DNA of 64,000 nt from Oligoflexales bacterium (lineage in GTDB: Bacteria; Bdellovibrionota_B; Oligoflexia; Oligoflexales; Bog-1112), in NCBI GenBank assembly GCA_045105515.1, contig JBGCDR010000040.1:53014-117013 (forward strand), read 5' to 3'. The position numbers and the translations under genes were made by a program. Shown here one piece after another: positions 20,203 through 30,959 of this stretch (positions are counted from its first letter, which is position 1; each line of letters starts with the position of its first letter). The notes below the pieces were generated by a model. That model searched no databases and was not told the DNA's origin. It saw only the letters and a program-made list of their open reading frames with translations.

Positions 20203-20648
20203 CTAAATCCTCCCTCATATTGATAAGAAAAGCCTTACAAATAAAGGCTCCCTCTGTTCTATTGCGATTGCTATAACTAAGCAGCCTTGACAATTGCTAT
20301 AAATTAAGAGTTAATAATATTATAGATATTGCCATAACCTATGCTACTTTATAAGCAAAATATTCTTAATCCTCATATTGACTCATTATCCACCTTGTAT
20401 ATTAAATCTGGCAAAATGTGTCAACGCTCAAACTAATTAATTTTAATGAAAATAGATACTTCTATTAAAAAATTCTCCGGTAAAAATTTCAAATTAAGCT
20501 CAACATTGAAAATATTTTTCTTATACAAATATTTTCCGTATTATTAACAAAAGAGGATTAATCTAGATAAAAAGATTTCCTGCAAAAAACAAAAAAATTC
20601 CTGTTATGAAATTTAGGTGCAATCGCCAACAACAAAGTAAGAGTTGAC

Positions 20649-21932
20649 ATGGCCATTTATGGACGGAAACGCTTATCTATTTTTTTTGCCTGCATACTGC
20701 TCTCAATGATTTTAAGCAGATTGGTATGGATGCAACTACGCACCTACCAGCTTGTACCCTCCTTTGGTGCTTTTAGCACATTTTCATACATAAGCAGTGA
20801 TTTCCGCAAAAATTGTCGTAACAATTCCGAAATTGCTGAGCTTTTCACACCGCTTAGACAGGAAGCTCAGTTGATTGCCCCAAGCTTTCACCGTTGGTTC
20901 ATCCAGCCAAGCTTTATTCTTGTCTCCAAAGAAATCTGTGCTAAACCAGAGCCAATTCAATTTATCATCCACATGCATTGGATTTGTCTGGCACTTATTG
21001 TGCTTCTTGGTATTTTTCTTGCTAGGTTTTTATCTAGTTCCTGGTGTTTGGCAATATTTGTAGGAGCGACTCTTATGAGCCGAGGGGCACTATTGGCCTT
21101 GATAGGTTCTTACTCCGACGCTCTACCCTTAACACTACTTATGACCCTTTGGTTTACTAGCTGTATCCATTACCTAAGAACCCTATCAAACGTAAGCCTA
21201 ACCATGGCACTTACAGCGACCATATTAGGCTCAATGCTAACGGGTAGCTTCATTGGTTTAGGTTTAGCCATCCCTTGCTTCTTGTTTATCTTAAAGCGAA
21301 AGCCAGTATATCGACCCATTCAAGCTGCATCTCGAGGATACTTAAGCAACAATAGAAATTTCAAAGCCTTTTCTCCCTTAAGAATAAGATTCAGTATGTG
21401 GATCAACAGGACTCCAAATTTGCGAAAACAACTCCTATTTTTTTGGCTCATTTTAACAGCTGTGCTTATATCCATGCAAGTAAGCTTTAAGGCCTACCAG
21501 CTCTTTTATGGTGACAATCTTAAAGGGAATATCCTTGAAGGATTATCAAGGCCAACTATCAATACATTTTCGAGTTTTTTGAGCTACTGGCTATTTGAAG
21601 GCATAAATACCCTCGACCTTCATTCCCTATTCAGTATTGCTATCATTTTTCTGTGGGGATTCTCATCGCAGCTGGAAAAAACTCATGAATATACAAAAGA
21701 AGCTATTTTGCTCTTTATGGTGTGTTTTGGAATCCTCTTCAGTATAACTTTATTCACTGGTTATCTAGATTTCATTATTTTGGGAGTTGCTAGTTTGAGC
21801 TCGCGTGCTTTATCGCTGAGAGTAATGCACCCAACTCCTTTCCTTGTTTGGCTTGAGCCTATTATACTAACATTAGGTATCATCGGTTTATATCATATGC
21901 TAAAAAGAAAAACGGTCAGTCTTGAACGCTAA
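20649..21932 (+). CDS. Polytopic membrane protein (possibly GT-C fold)
   Basis: About 10 hydrophobic segments; no diagnostic motif recognised. Confidence 0.55.
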   Translation: MAIYGRKRLSIFFACILLSMILSRLVWMQLRTYQLVPSFGAFSTFSYISSDFRKNCRNNSEIAELFTPLRQEAQLIAPSFHRWFIQPSFILVSKEICAKPEPIQFIIHMHWICLALIVLLGIFLARFLSSSWCLAIFVGATLMSRGALLALIGSYSDALPLTLLMTLWFTSCIHYLRTLSNVSLTMALTATILGSMLTGSFIGLGLAIPCFLFILKRKPVYRPIQAASRGYLSNNRNFKAFSPLRIRFSMWINRTPNLRKQLLFFWLILTAVLISMQVSFKAYQLFYGDNLKGNILEGLSRPTINTFSSFLSYWLFEGINTLDLHSLFSIAIIFLWGFSSQLEKTHEYTKEAILLFMVCFGILFSITLFTGYLDFIILGVASLSSRALSLRVMHPTPFLVWLEPIILTLGIIGLYHMLKRKTVSLER

Positions 21933-22023
21933 GATTAAAAATACAAATCATTCTAGATAAGTACAGCCTTTGATAGATAGATTGATTTTGAAGGCTGACA
22001 TAAATTCTATTGGAAAGGATGCT

Positions 22024-22839
22024 ATGAGAGGATTTCCCTTTGCATTGATTGGAGCTCTACACCTTCTAACTTTTATAGCCTGCAGCCACCAACCTAAGCG
22101 TCCTCCAAAAGATCAAATTGAGCAAACTAAGCTGCTCAATGACAAACAAGCTGCTACTCCAATTGCTTTAAGCCCAAATAGCTGCATTCCGTTTAAAGAC
22201 CCTAATTCTTCACTACCTCTATGGCTACAGAATCAAGGCATCGTAGTGACTCGGTTTGTAAAAGAATGCACTACTAATGAAGGTAATAGAGGTTATGAGC
22301 CAGATAGCCCTTGGGTGGCAATGGGATTCCCTTGTACTGGAGGAGATGGCAGGATAGAAGTAGGTGGACACTATTTTGCACCAAAAATAATTAGTCTGAT
22401 TCTTTCAACAGACTGTTCCATGTTTCCATCATCATTAGATAAAGTACGCCAAGCTGGAGTCAGCGCCCTAGCTCTCAAGAGCAACTCGAAGCTCATGGCA
22501 TTGAACCCATTTGCTGTGCAGTATTGGGAAATTCCAGGTTACGATGATGCAGATGTTGGTTTTACCATCGACCTACGCTCCATTGCAGCCAAACAACAAT
22601 TATGGAAACAGTTCTTAGAAAAGAAACCAATCCAAGTCAAGCTTTTTGGACGAGAAAACGCTTGGATCAGAGGTTATCACTTCTTCGATGTTGATGCCGA
22701 ACTCATTAACACCGGGGTACAAAAATTTCAGATGCGCATCAAGAAAGTAACTCCACTCGATGGAAAAGGAATTAGGGAGATCCGCGATAGGTGTGAAAGC
22801 CTCCAGCCTCGCAGAAACTGCTCGCAAGTCTTTAGATAA
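22024..22839 (+). CDS. Hypothetical lipoprotein
   Basis: AAGGA RBS before ATG 22024; lipobox FIAC; several Cys. Confidence 0.65.
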   Translation: MRGFPFALIGALHLLTFIACSHQPKRPPKDQIEQTKLLNDKQAATPIALSPNSCIPFKDPNSSLPLWLQNQGIVVTRFVKECTTNEGNRGYEPDSPWVAMGFPCTGGDGRIEVGGHYFAPKIISLILSTDCSMFPSSLDKVRQAGVSALALKSNSKLMALNPFAVQYWEIPGYDDADVGFTIDLRSIAAKQQLWKQFLEKKPIQVKLFGRENAWIRGYHFFDVDAELINTGVQKFQMRIKKVTPLDGKGIREIRDRCESLQPRRNCSQVFR

Positions 22840-22858
22840 CGCACATTATGATGCATTT

Positions 22859-24466
22859 TTATAGTGTAACTGCAGTAGCAGACAACACATGCTTTACAGA
22901 CATGAGTTTTTCCATCATAGAGCCATTAACCTCACTATCTATTTTTACTAGCGCAAGAGCTTGACCTCCTTGGTTACTTCGAGACAGTTCAAACGAATCT
23001 ATGTTAATCTGTTCACGCGCTAATAAGCTCCCCACGTCCCCAATCACTCCAGGTTTATCTTCATTTCTGATGACAATAAATCGACCACTTGGCTCTACCT
23101 CGAAAGGATAGCGATCGATCAATGAAATCCTTATATAACTCTGATCAAACACTATTCCTCCTACACTCAAAGTTTCTCCACTTTTATAGTGCAAAACAAA
23201 CTTAATCGCAGAGTGATAGCTATCAAAATTTGGATCTTTGGACTCTTCTAAAGTCAAACCTAGGCTTTCAAAATGAGCCCCAGCATTCACAAAAGAAACA
23301 TAACTATTCACAGCACAAGAAACGTATCCCTTCATCCAACCAAGCTTTATGAGACCTGGATCAACACCTGCGAGGTCTCCACGATATAGAACTTCAATCT
23401 TATTTGGATTAGCTTTATTCAGCTGACCAGCTAAACGTCCGAGTTTTTCCGCTAAAATAGCATAAGGCTTTACCAAAGGATTATCAACGACACCAATTTG
23501 AGGTAGATTTACCGGATAATCCACGACCCCACCTTCTAGTGCCTTAAGCACTTGGACGTAAACACTATCTCCAATTGCAAATTGAGCCTCTTCCGTAGAA
23601 GCTCCTATATGCGGTGAACAAATCACTCGTGGGTGTTGAGCCAATTTTGCCAATATTTCTGGTTCACTTTCCCATGTATCAATGGCAGCTCCGGCTATAT
23701 GTCCCGACTCTAGAGCCGCAAATAAAGCTTTTTCAGCAATTACCCCTCCTCTAGCTGCATTTATGAGAAAAGAACCTGGTTTCATGGCACTAATGACTTC
23801 TTGGTTAATGCAAGATTTTGTTTCCCGGTTCAAGGGGACATGAACAGTGAGAATATCAACAGCGGAAGCCAAAGCTGTCAAAGATGGCAAATTCACTACA
23901 TCAAAGCGGGCAAATTTCTCTGGGGCAATATAGGGATCATGGCCAAATACCTCCATATCAAAACCATGAGCAAATTTTGCAACCCTATGACCCACATTAC
24001 CAAGGCCAACAATCCCAATTTTTTTGCCCTTCAGTTCATTGCCAATAAATGTATGACGGTCCCAACCTCCACCTTTAACCTTGTGGTGAGCTTGCGGAAT
24101 TTTTCTCAATAAAGCCAACATTATACCTAAGGTTAACTCAGCGGCAGAATTGGTATTCTTTCCAGGTGTGTTTAAAACTAGAATTCCCTTTTTTGTGGCG
24201 TATTCAATATCAATATTTGCCACTCCTACTGCCGCGCGTGCTATCACCTTGAGTTCTTTGGCTATATCAATTAGGGCTGCATCTATTTTAGTTTCACTTC
24301 GCGTTATTAAGACCTTAGCTGAGGGCACCAGCCTCTCTAGTTCTTCCCGCGAACAATCCGGTTCATACTGAATCTTTAGATAACTTATTTCTCGGAGTTT
24401 TTTAATAGCATATCGATCAATAGCTCCGGTAATTAAAACTACAGCATTTTCCTCTTCTTTTACCAC
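22859..24466 (-). CDS. serA: D-3-phosphoglycerate dehydrogenase (type I, ASB+ACT)
   Basis: ITRSETK, NTPGKN..SAAE, GIVGLGNVG, INAARGG, SPHIGASTEEAQ, ACT domain NEDKPGVIG. Confidence 0.92.
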   Translation of the reverse strand: MVKEEENAVVLITGAIDRYAIKKLREISYLKIQYEPDCSREELERLVPSAKVLITRSETKIDAALIDIAKELKVIARAAVGVANIDIEYATKKGILVLNTPGKNTNSAAELTLGIMLALLRKIPQAHHKVKGGGWDRHTFIGNELKGKKIGIVGLGNVGHRVAKFAHGFDMEVFGHDPYIAPEKFARFDVVNLPSLTALASAVDILTVHVPLNRETKSCINQEVISAMKPGSFLINAARGGVIAEKALFAALESGHIAGAAIDTWESEPEILAKLAQHPRVICSPHIGASTEEAQFAIGDSVYVQVLKALEGGVVDYPVNLPQIGVVDNPLVKPYAILAEKLGRLAGQLNKANPNKIEVLYRGDLAGVDPGLIKLGWMKGYVSCAVNSYVSFVNAGAHFESLGLTLEESKDPNFDSYHSAIKFVLHYKSGETLSVGGIVFDQSYIRISLIDRYPFEVEPSGRFIVIRNEDKPGVIGDVGSLLAREQINIDSFELSRSNQGGQALALVKIDSEVNGSMMEKLMSVKHVLSATAVTL

Positions 24467-24552
24467 AATATCCCCTTCACATCACAGGTAGAGTTTTCCT
24501 ATGACCAATGTTTACCCTTTTATCTAAAATGGAACTATAAAATTTTTAGGAG

Positions 24553-26046
24553 CTATTTATGAACAATCGGTGAAGATGGGATCGAAATGACTGGCAAAGA
24601 AAGATGATCAACGGCAGGGAGTAATCTGCGATAAACTATGACTCCCTCCTTGATAACAGAAAAATAGGTATGATGCCCAGGTTTTGCCCAAAAGCTCCAA
24701 CGATCACTGCCAACGTATGAAGCTTTTAAACCACCCACATATATCAAAGCACGATTTCTTTGAACTCCATATACCTTAATTTGAAAACGGGTCCAGGCTG
24801 CACTAGGAGGATTTAGAGGAAGGTGTGCCTTATGAGCCATACAATGGCTTTTATTATTTACACATGCTTCCTTACCCATAGTATCAATCAAATAGAGGCT
24901 CTTTTTTGCAGGAACCTTTGAAAGAATACGAATCGGAAAGCCCGAAAATCCAGTAAGAGCGACATTGGAGTCAATCTTCCAAATTGGAGTTTTTAAGTCC
25001 TGAACAAACCATTTTGAACCATTTTTTATCAATGAATAAGGTTTAGGGGTATGTAGCTTAAGGGTCTGTAAGATCTTTTCGGCAGTGATTTGACTACTGC
25101 CCGTATAATTTTTTAAAAAATCTATCTTTTTTTCTGAACCCACCCTTCTAGCAATCACTCTTATTACCCCAGGAAAAGAGGGGCTGCTTTTATAGGCAAT
25201 ATGGCCGACACCCACCTGCCATGGACTATTCTTTCGCAGTTCGAGACCTTTTTGTGCACTTGTTCTCTTGAGGGCTGGTAAGAGATTTTTCTTGAGTATT
25301 TGTGTTTTACCTTCCCTATCATGACCGAAGTCGAAAACTGAAAACCAAACACTATAGTAAGGATCATTTTCTTCCAAATTTTCTATGGAAACTTCTTGGG
25401 TTTGCCGAACAGTTTTTACCTGTTCCTTCTCCACAGTATTAGTAAGTATTTTTTTCCCTCCTTCAGGAATTATACGGTTACGAATTTTTTGAGAGTTTAA
25501 TTTAACAGTGGCTTTTACTTTTAGAGATTCTGCATCATTATTTTCAATAGGGACAACAAGGTTCTTTGAGGCTAGTAGCTCATGATCTCTACTACGTTTT
25601 TTAAGATTTAAAGTAACAGTTTGACCTTTTCTAAATCTTAAAAATCGCCTCCATTCCCCATAGGAGTCTGTCACTCCAAGTACTTTATCAAAATAATTCA
25701 CTCTCGCACCAGCTACCGGATGCCCCTCAGAATCAATAGCTTTCACTTCAAAAAGTATATTGTGCTTCCTTTTTTCTGGATTTTTAAAGCTACTTAACTT
25801 TGGATAAACCAAGAAGGCTGCGCTAAGAATAAGCGAAATAGCTGTTAGGCCATGCCATAAGCGTTTGTTCCGTTGTCCCTTCCGATATTGCTCCCAAACT
25901 TCTTTTAAGGTGGTTTGCGTTCCCCTTTGCGGATGGGGAACCCCTGCTCCTCCACTGTTCTTTTTTTTCACAATCTTAAGTACACCCATAAAATCCACCT
26001 TTTTTTTCCTGCTTGTGCGAACCCTGGATCGCGCGGTAAATCCCAC
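24553..26046 (-). CDS. Hypothetical single-TM protein with a carboxypeptidase-regulatory-like beta-sandwich
   Basis: TM followed by 'DSEGHPVAGARV...LGVTDSYG'; start codon uncertain. Confidence 0.55.
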   Translation of the reverse strand: MGFTARSRVRTSRKKKVDFMGVLKIVKKKNSGGAGVPHPQRGTQTTLKEVWEQYRKGQRNKRLWHGLTAISLILSAAFLVYPKLSSFKNPEKRKHNILFEVKAIDSEGHPVAGARVNYFDKVLGVTDSYGEWRRFLRFRKGQTVTLNLKKRSRDHELLASKNLVVPIENNDAESLKVKATVKLNSQKIRNRIIPEGGKKILTNTVEKEQVKTVRQTQEVSIENLEENDPYYSVWFSVFDFGHDREGKTQILKKNLLPALKRTSAQKGLELRKNSPWQVGVGHIAYKSSPSFPGVIRVIARRVGSEKKIDFLKNYTGSSQITAEKILQTLKLHTPKPYSLIKNGSKWFVQDLKTPIWKIDSNVALTGFSGFPIRILSKVPAKKSLYLIDTMGKEACVNNKSHCMAHKAHLPLNPPSAAWTRFQIKVYGVQRNRALIYVGGLKASYVGSDRWSFWAKPGHHTYFSVIKEGVIVYRRLLPAVDHLSLPVISIPSSPIVHK

Positions 26047-26165
26047 AACAGTTTGTCCTAGTCAGTGATAAAATAGGGACTTAGCTGTTTTGCATTCACC
26101 AAAAGGACCAACAATCGCTCTTAAAGGGCTCATCATCATCATATCTCGATGAATTAGAAGGAAAA

Positions 26166-27008
26166 ATGGGCAAGGTATACCTAATTCTTGTTATTATTTT
26201 TAGCAGCAATTTTTTGCTCCCTAGCGTCTTTGGGAAAGATCGTATCATCCTTGCACCAAACCCAGAGCCAGTAGTTCCACCTCCTCCAGACAAAGAGCAG
26301 AGTCAGCAGGATTTACAAAGACTCAGGAAGCGAAGAAAAAAACGCAAAGGAGGGAATATAAGCCGCTATAAATATTTCCAAAATAAGCGTAACCAACAAC
26401 TCGTTAAAGATTCAGAAAAAAAAGGACCTTATCAGTTTATGACCCAGACAAGCTTAGTTTTGCCAGCAATTCTGGCAAGAGGCCCAAGAAGCAACTATAC
26501 GAGCGAACTATCTGCTCATATTTCTACTTTTTTTAGATTATCACCCGACGAGGAGCCATTCTCTCAGCAATATTGGTGGGGCATACGCATCGCTCCCTTC
26601 GCTGGAACGGGAAATTATCAAGAAACAGCGGGTCGCTACAATTTTTTTTATTTTGGTCCCATGATTGGTATTGGCAGCTTGAGTAGATCATTAGAAACCG
26701 ACCAGAAAGAAAACAATGGTATCGTAACGCGATCAAATAAAAATACCCCTAAAACCAATGGGTGGTTTCTAATGGGGGGCATTGCAGCACATACACGTAT
26801 CGTCCAAGTTGATCCAACTGATGACATAGCTGATAAAGAAATGAATACAATTAAATCAGCAAAACTCGATGGAACTGGACTCTGGGTAGAGTTTACCTAT
26901 GCTAATATTTACTTTGGAAGTTTGGGTGCTCACTATGTAGCGGGTGTTCAGCTAGGTGAAGAAAAAGTATTTCTCTGGCTAGGAGTAGGAGCAGGAGGTT
27001 GGTACTGA
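26166..27008 (+). CDS. Probable outer-membrane beta-barrel protein
   Basis: Signal peptide, amphipathic beta-strands, aromatic C-terminus (GAGGWY). Confidence 0.55.
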   Translation: MGKVYLILVIIFSSNFLLPSVFGKDRIILAPNPEPVVPPPPDKEQSQQDLQRLRKRRKKRKGGNISRYKYFQNKRNQQLVKDSEKKGPYQFMTQTSLVLPAILARGPRSNYTSELSAHISTFFRLSPDEEPFSQQYWWGIRIAPFAGTGNYQETAGRYNFFYFGPMIGIGSLSRSLETDQKENNGIVTRSNKNTPKTNGWFLMGGIAAHTRIVQVDPTDDIADKEMNTIKSAKLDGTGLWVEFTYANIYFGSLGAHYVAGVQLGEEKVFLWLGVGAGGWY

Positions 27009-27667
27009 TAAAGCATACGCAAAAATTATCAAAAGTATTCTCACTTGTTCTAATCTTCAAGCTTTGCTCATGTACCCTGTTTAAAGGCACAGAAGGTCAA
27101 GAAGAAGATATTGAGGCTGAAAGTGACTACGAATATTACGAAGAAGACGGTATAGAAAATCCTCCTGACCCTTTTGCATTCCCCAAAGAAGCTAACGCTT
27201 GGGAGACTCAGGCCCTATTACTAAGTCAAGAATTGCCTGCTTCAGACCAGATACAAAACTGCTCTTCTGATATATCGCTTGCAGCAAAAGAAGCTAACAA
27301 TGACGAAGCCCTTTTGACTGCAAAAAAAACTGTATTAGCAAGTGTCAAAGAAAATCCCAATCTTTACCATTGGTGTTTTTTCCTTATTGCCCGACAGATG
27401 GACAGTCAAATAGAAGCCAGTGGAAAAAGACTAAACGAAAAAGTTGAGTACTTTTTGGGAAAAATGAAAGAACTCTGGATTCTAGGAAGAGCCCTGGATG
27501 CCCATCGCTCAGGAAACTCATACTTTACCTACTTGCAGCGCCGATATGTTGACCTATCTCAGAGAGTTTTTGGTCGGTACCTAGAAGTTGTTGGGAGCCC
27601 CTTAGATAGACGCCCGACTCGGAAAAAAACTCAAGGAAAGCCAGCAGAAGAGGCTGAAATTAATTAA
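26999..27667 (+). CDS. Hypothetical lipoprotein
   Basis: Lipobox-like LCSC; acidic N-terminus; overlaps the upstream gene. Confidence 0.6.
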   Translation: MVLIKHTQKLSKVFSLVLIFKLCSCTLFKGTEGQEEDIEAESDYEYYEEDGIENPPDPFAFPKEANAWETQALLLSQELPASDQIQNCSSDISLAAKEANNDEALLTAKKTVLASVKENPNLYHWCFFLIARQMDSQIEASGKRLNEKVEYFLGKMKELWILGRALDAHRSGNSYFTYLQRRYVDLSQRVFGRYLEVVGSPLDRRPTRKKTQGKPAEEAEIN

Positions 27668-28143
27668 ATTGGGGAAGCTTCATTTGGCTGCTTGACACTT
27701 GGTTCCAAACTCCCACAGACCTCGCCTCTAATCTTTTGATAATGAGAAAGCCGATCAAAAGTAAAACTAGGATTAGCAAGCCGCACCACTGGTTCGCCTA
27801 TGCGGTAGACCTTATATTGAAAACGGTAATCTACACTTTCTTTATTAAAAGAAAAAACAACAAACCTCCGATAATATTCTTTCAATGTCTCACCCGTAAT
27901 CAAGCCAAACTGGGTCTCGAAATCACTTTTCTTAAAATCTGTAGAGAAAAAATCTTCACCTTGCACGGCAATGCTATAACCTCGCCTTAGTAGGTTTCTT
28001 CGTGCTTGAATCATAGAGATTGAGCACTTGGTCAACTCCTGAATTTGAGAATTTTCTAAAATAAGTTGAGTGCTTTGGCAGGCAAATAAAATCGAAGTTA
28101 AAAGACTTAGTAAGCAGATCTTAAGGGTCATATGCATGTTCAA
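27664..28143 (-). CDS. Hypothetical lipoprotein
   Basis: Lipobox LFAC. Confidence 0.6.
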   Translation of the reverse strand: MNMHMTLKICLLSLLTSILFACQSTQLILENSQIQELTKCSISMIQARRNLLRRGYSIAVQGEDFFSTDFKKSDFETQFGLITGETLKEYYRRFVVFSFNKESVDYRFQYKVYRIGEPVVRLANPSFTFDRLSHYQKIRGEVCGSLEPSVKQPNEASPI

Positions 28144-28145
28144 AT

Positions 28146-28173
28146 TAAAGGAATCCTTATAGATATCCGATGC
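28146..28173 (+). promoter_or_regulatory. Putative sigma28-type promoter (TAAAG-N15-TCCGATGC)
   Basis: 60 bp upstream of ATG 28233. Confidence 0.5.
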
Positions 28174-28232
28174 CTTCTTTAGATTAACTTTAACACGCAG
28201 ATGATCCTAGGTGAAAGCACGAGGATAAATTA

Positions 28233-29510
28233 ATGTGTTGCCACCTTAAGAACTACACAAGAATTGCATTTATTGCTCTCCTCTTGTCACTAGCTACCCC
28301 CTACTCATTCCTGTTTGCTCAGGAAGAGGGGGAAATTGAAGATAATTCAGGAAAAGATGAAAACCCTGAGTTTGCTGTTGATAATGACCTAGAGGAAATA
28401 AATGAAGCTGCAGATGAACTTGTGGCATCATCAAAATCCGTGAGACGGTTTCACGAGGTTCTCGATGAGCTACTAGCAGAATTTGGCTACGATGTCGAAA
28501 CTGGACAGATCGGAGGGCTAAAAAATCTTGCTATTAGAAAGGTGGATGTAAGTGATGCCATTCCATCTACATACCGCAAATATTTAGATTTACTGATATC
28601 TGAAAGAATCAGAGAGAATTCTGAAATCAAGCTTTTGACCTGCATTCCTTGTACCAGCAAAACCTCACGGATGATTGAAGGTAAAATTATCATAACTTCA
28701 CCCGCTACAAACATTGCCGAGTTGCGCACAGCTGCGGAGAGAATCGGTATCGACAATTTTATGGACATCGTTTTGGTATATCATTCAACTCACATGGTTC
28801 TTGCTATGCAAATATTCAAATCAGATACCAACGAACTAGTTTGGAGCCGGAGTTACAACAGCGAGACTATTCGCTCTCGTTATCAGAAGCTTGCCATTGA
28901 TTACAGTCAAGTAGCCCGCTCTCGACCTGGTGAGGATTATCAGCCCGAATACCGATTGTTATTAGGCCTAGGAGGAGCTGGTATTCCGAATGTAGCCGGT
29001 GGTCAGCTTGACAGCACCATGCTCGATATAGCTTTTCGAAGCACAGAAAAGTTTGACAACCGTCGAGCAGAATTTGGGATGCTCTTAAATGCTTATGTAA
29101 CGTTAGCTAGCATCTTGAATGAATACCCAAAAGTTGATGGTACGGGCTCAGCCGAAGCAGATAGCGACGATAGCGTTGACCCTAACGCTAGTGATTTCGA
29201 AATTGCAGCTCAGCCCCAACCTTTTTCTTTTGCACTTGGGCTATTTGGAATATTTTCAAAAAATTTCCTCGGTGTAGTTGAATCATACAACCAAGTCAGA
29301 CATGGAGCTCATGTTGCTCTAGGTGCAGTATTAACTTCGGGGTATCTTGCACCGGCAGGAAAGTTAGGATGGGATGCTTTTTTCGGGAAACGTTTTATGT
29401 TTAGCCTTTCAGGGATCTATATTGCCCCTTCGCAGATAACTCTGGATGAATCCATAGTTGAAACAACCGGAGGAGTAGGAGGTGAAGGTGTCCTTTCCTT
29501 CAATTTTTAG
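28233..29510 (+). CDS. Exported protein with an alpha/beta periplasmic domain and probable C-terminal beta-barrel
   Basis: Signal peptide, acidic linker, 'ELVWSRSY', terminal F (LSFNF). Confidence 0.6.
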   Translation: MCCHLKNYTRIAFIALLLSLATPYSFLFAQEEGEIEDNSGKDENPEFAVDNDLEEINEAADELVASSKSVRRFHEVLDELLAEFGYDVETGQIGGLKNLAIRKVDVSDAIPSTYRKYLDLLISERIRENSEIKLLTCIPCTSKTSRMIEGKIIITSPATNIAELRTAAERIGIDNFMDIVLVYHSTHMVLAMQIFKSDTNELVWSRSYNSETIRSRYQKLAIDYSQVARSRPGEDYQPEYRLLLGLGGAGIPNVAGGQLDSTMLDIAFRSTEKFDNRRAEFGMLLNAYVTLASILNEYPKVDGTGSAEADSDDSVDPNASDFEIAAQPQPFSFALGLFGIFSKNFLGVVESYNQVRHGAHVALGAVLTSGYLAPAGKLGWDAFFGKRFMFSLSGIYIAPSQITLDESIVETTGGVGGEGVLSFNF

Positions 29511-30318
29511 AATCTTGATACCCCTTAGCTTCATTGGGTTTAGTGGATGCAAGTCCAACGACAATGATCCGAGTGTGGAACAGATGTTGCACGGCACCAT
29601 TTCTTATCCTTTTATCCGTTCCAATCCTCTTGGGCTCAATGGAAAGAAAGAAAAATTCGTAATTCGATCAATATCTGGCTCTACCGAATATGTAATCGAG
29701 ATTCCAGACGCGGGAGAAGACTATGATATTGAAATCCCACTTGCCGCGATAGGCTCAGGAGACAGCCACAAACCCAAAGGGATATCCTCTCCAGCTGCAA
29801 CAGACCGAGAAATCACGGCATCTTTACCGGATCTAGCAAGGGAGGCTCCAGCAAAATCTGCATTTATGGACAAAGCTTTTGGGGTAGGATCCACAGGCGG
29901 TCCCAAGCAAGCACCTAGTTATACTTTAGGGATTGCAAAAATTACGAGACTCTACCAAAAAAGAAAATTTGAATATGCTTTAATTGAGGTAAACCATTTA
30001 CTTTCATTTTTTCCTCAAAGTCCAAGACTTCATAAAATGAAAGGAACCATTTACGTTAAGTTACACAACTACCAGCTTGCTGAAAAGTCGTGGCTTAGAG
30101 CGTTAGAATTCACACCTAATGATCAAATCTTACGAAAAGGTATAGCTAGATTACAACAGAAAATTAAGAGAACTTATAGCCCTATATCGGCTTCGAGTGA
30201 GCCTAAAGCAGTACGCACAGTTCCGCAAGCTATCAGTAAAAACTATCTAAAAAATGAAGAAGACTCCGAACTGGAACAAGCTGAAATTGAGGTCAACAAT
30301 GCTTCACCCGACCAGTAA
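29482..30318 (+). CDS. TPR-containing lipoprotein
   Basis: Lipobox FSGC; TPR 'P.SPRLHKMKGTIY...AEKSWLRALEFTP'. Confidence 0.65.
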   Translation: MKVSFPSIFRILIPLSFIGFSGCKSNDNDPSVEQMLHGTISYPFIRSNPLGLNGKKEKFVIRSISGSTEYVIEIPDAGEDYDIEIPLAAIGSGDSHKPKGISSPAATDREITASLPDLAREAPAKSAFMDKAFGVGSTGGPKQAPSYTLGIAKITRLYQKRKFEYALIEVNHLLSFFPQSPRLHKMKGTIYVKLHNYQLAEKSWLRALEFTPNDQILRKGIARLQQKIKRTYSPISASSEPKAVRTVPQAISKNYLKNEEDSELEQAEIEVNNASPDQ

Positions 30319-30326
30319 TAACTCAA

Positions 30327-30845
30327 CTATTCCTTTTCCCCTTCAAGGTGGCGTTTTAAATATCTAATATTACCTCTTAAACGATGATCCTCAACCATAC
30401 AGGTCAAAAGACTTGCTTTCGCAGCAGACAACATATGACCTTCCGTATGCTTAAGTTTTGAAGCAATCGCCTTTCTTCTTCCTGGTTCAGCGTTTGCTAA
30501 CGCAACTTCTAACTTAAGATATTCGCCAATAATTTCGCTCTCCTTTTCAGCACACAAAAGGCAAATCTCAGCTTTTTGATCATCATCCAACGCAAGGTCC
30601 AAATAATGCTGTCGCTGCTCAAAAGAAGCCTCATCTTCGGGCGGTAAATCAATGAGTTCATCCACAATTTTAACTAGCTGTGCTTCTGTAAGCTTCAATT
30701 CTTTATCCCATCCTCTACCGAACACATTGAAGGGCTCTTGTTTCCTATTAAAACAGTACTCTGATACTAAAAATGTCATATCTATGAAAGAGTAAATAGG
30801 GATCATGGGGACAAAATTCGGCATTTTGTTTATCCTAGAACACAT
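30327..30845 (-). CDS. Hypothetical protein (true start probably downstream)
   Basis: Protein-like helical C-terminal two-thirds; no competing long ORF. Confidence 0.5.
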   Translation of the reverse strand: MCSRINKMPNFVPMIPIYSFIDMTFLVSEYCFNRKQEPFNVFGRGWDKELKLTEAQLVKIVDELIDLPPEDEASFEQRQHYLDLALDDDQKAEICLLCAEKESEIIGEYLKLEVALANAEPGRRKAIASKLKHTEGHMLSAAKASLLTCMVEDHRLRGNIRYLKRHLEGEKE

Positions 30846-30959
30846 TTTTTTGTCTCTGTGCTGGTATACTAATTAACATAAGAAAAAAGACCTAGCCCAC
30901 ATTCTCAATTTCAGTGCTATTTTAGGGCATATCTATTTACGCTATTTGGAAATACGAAA

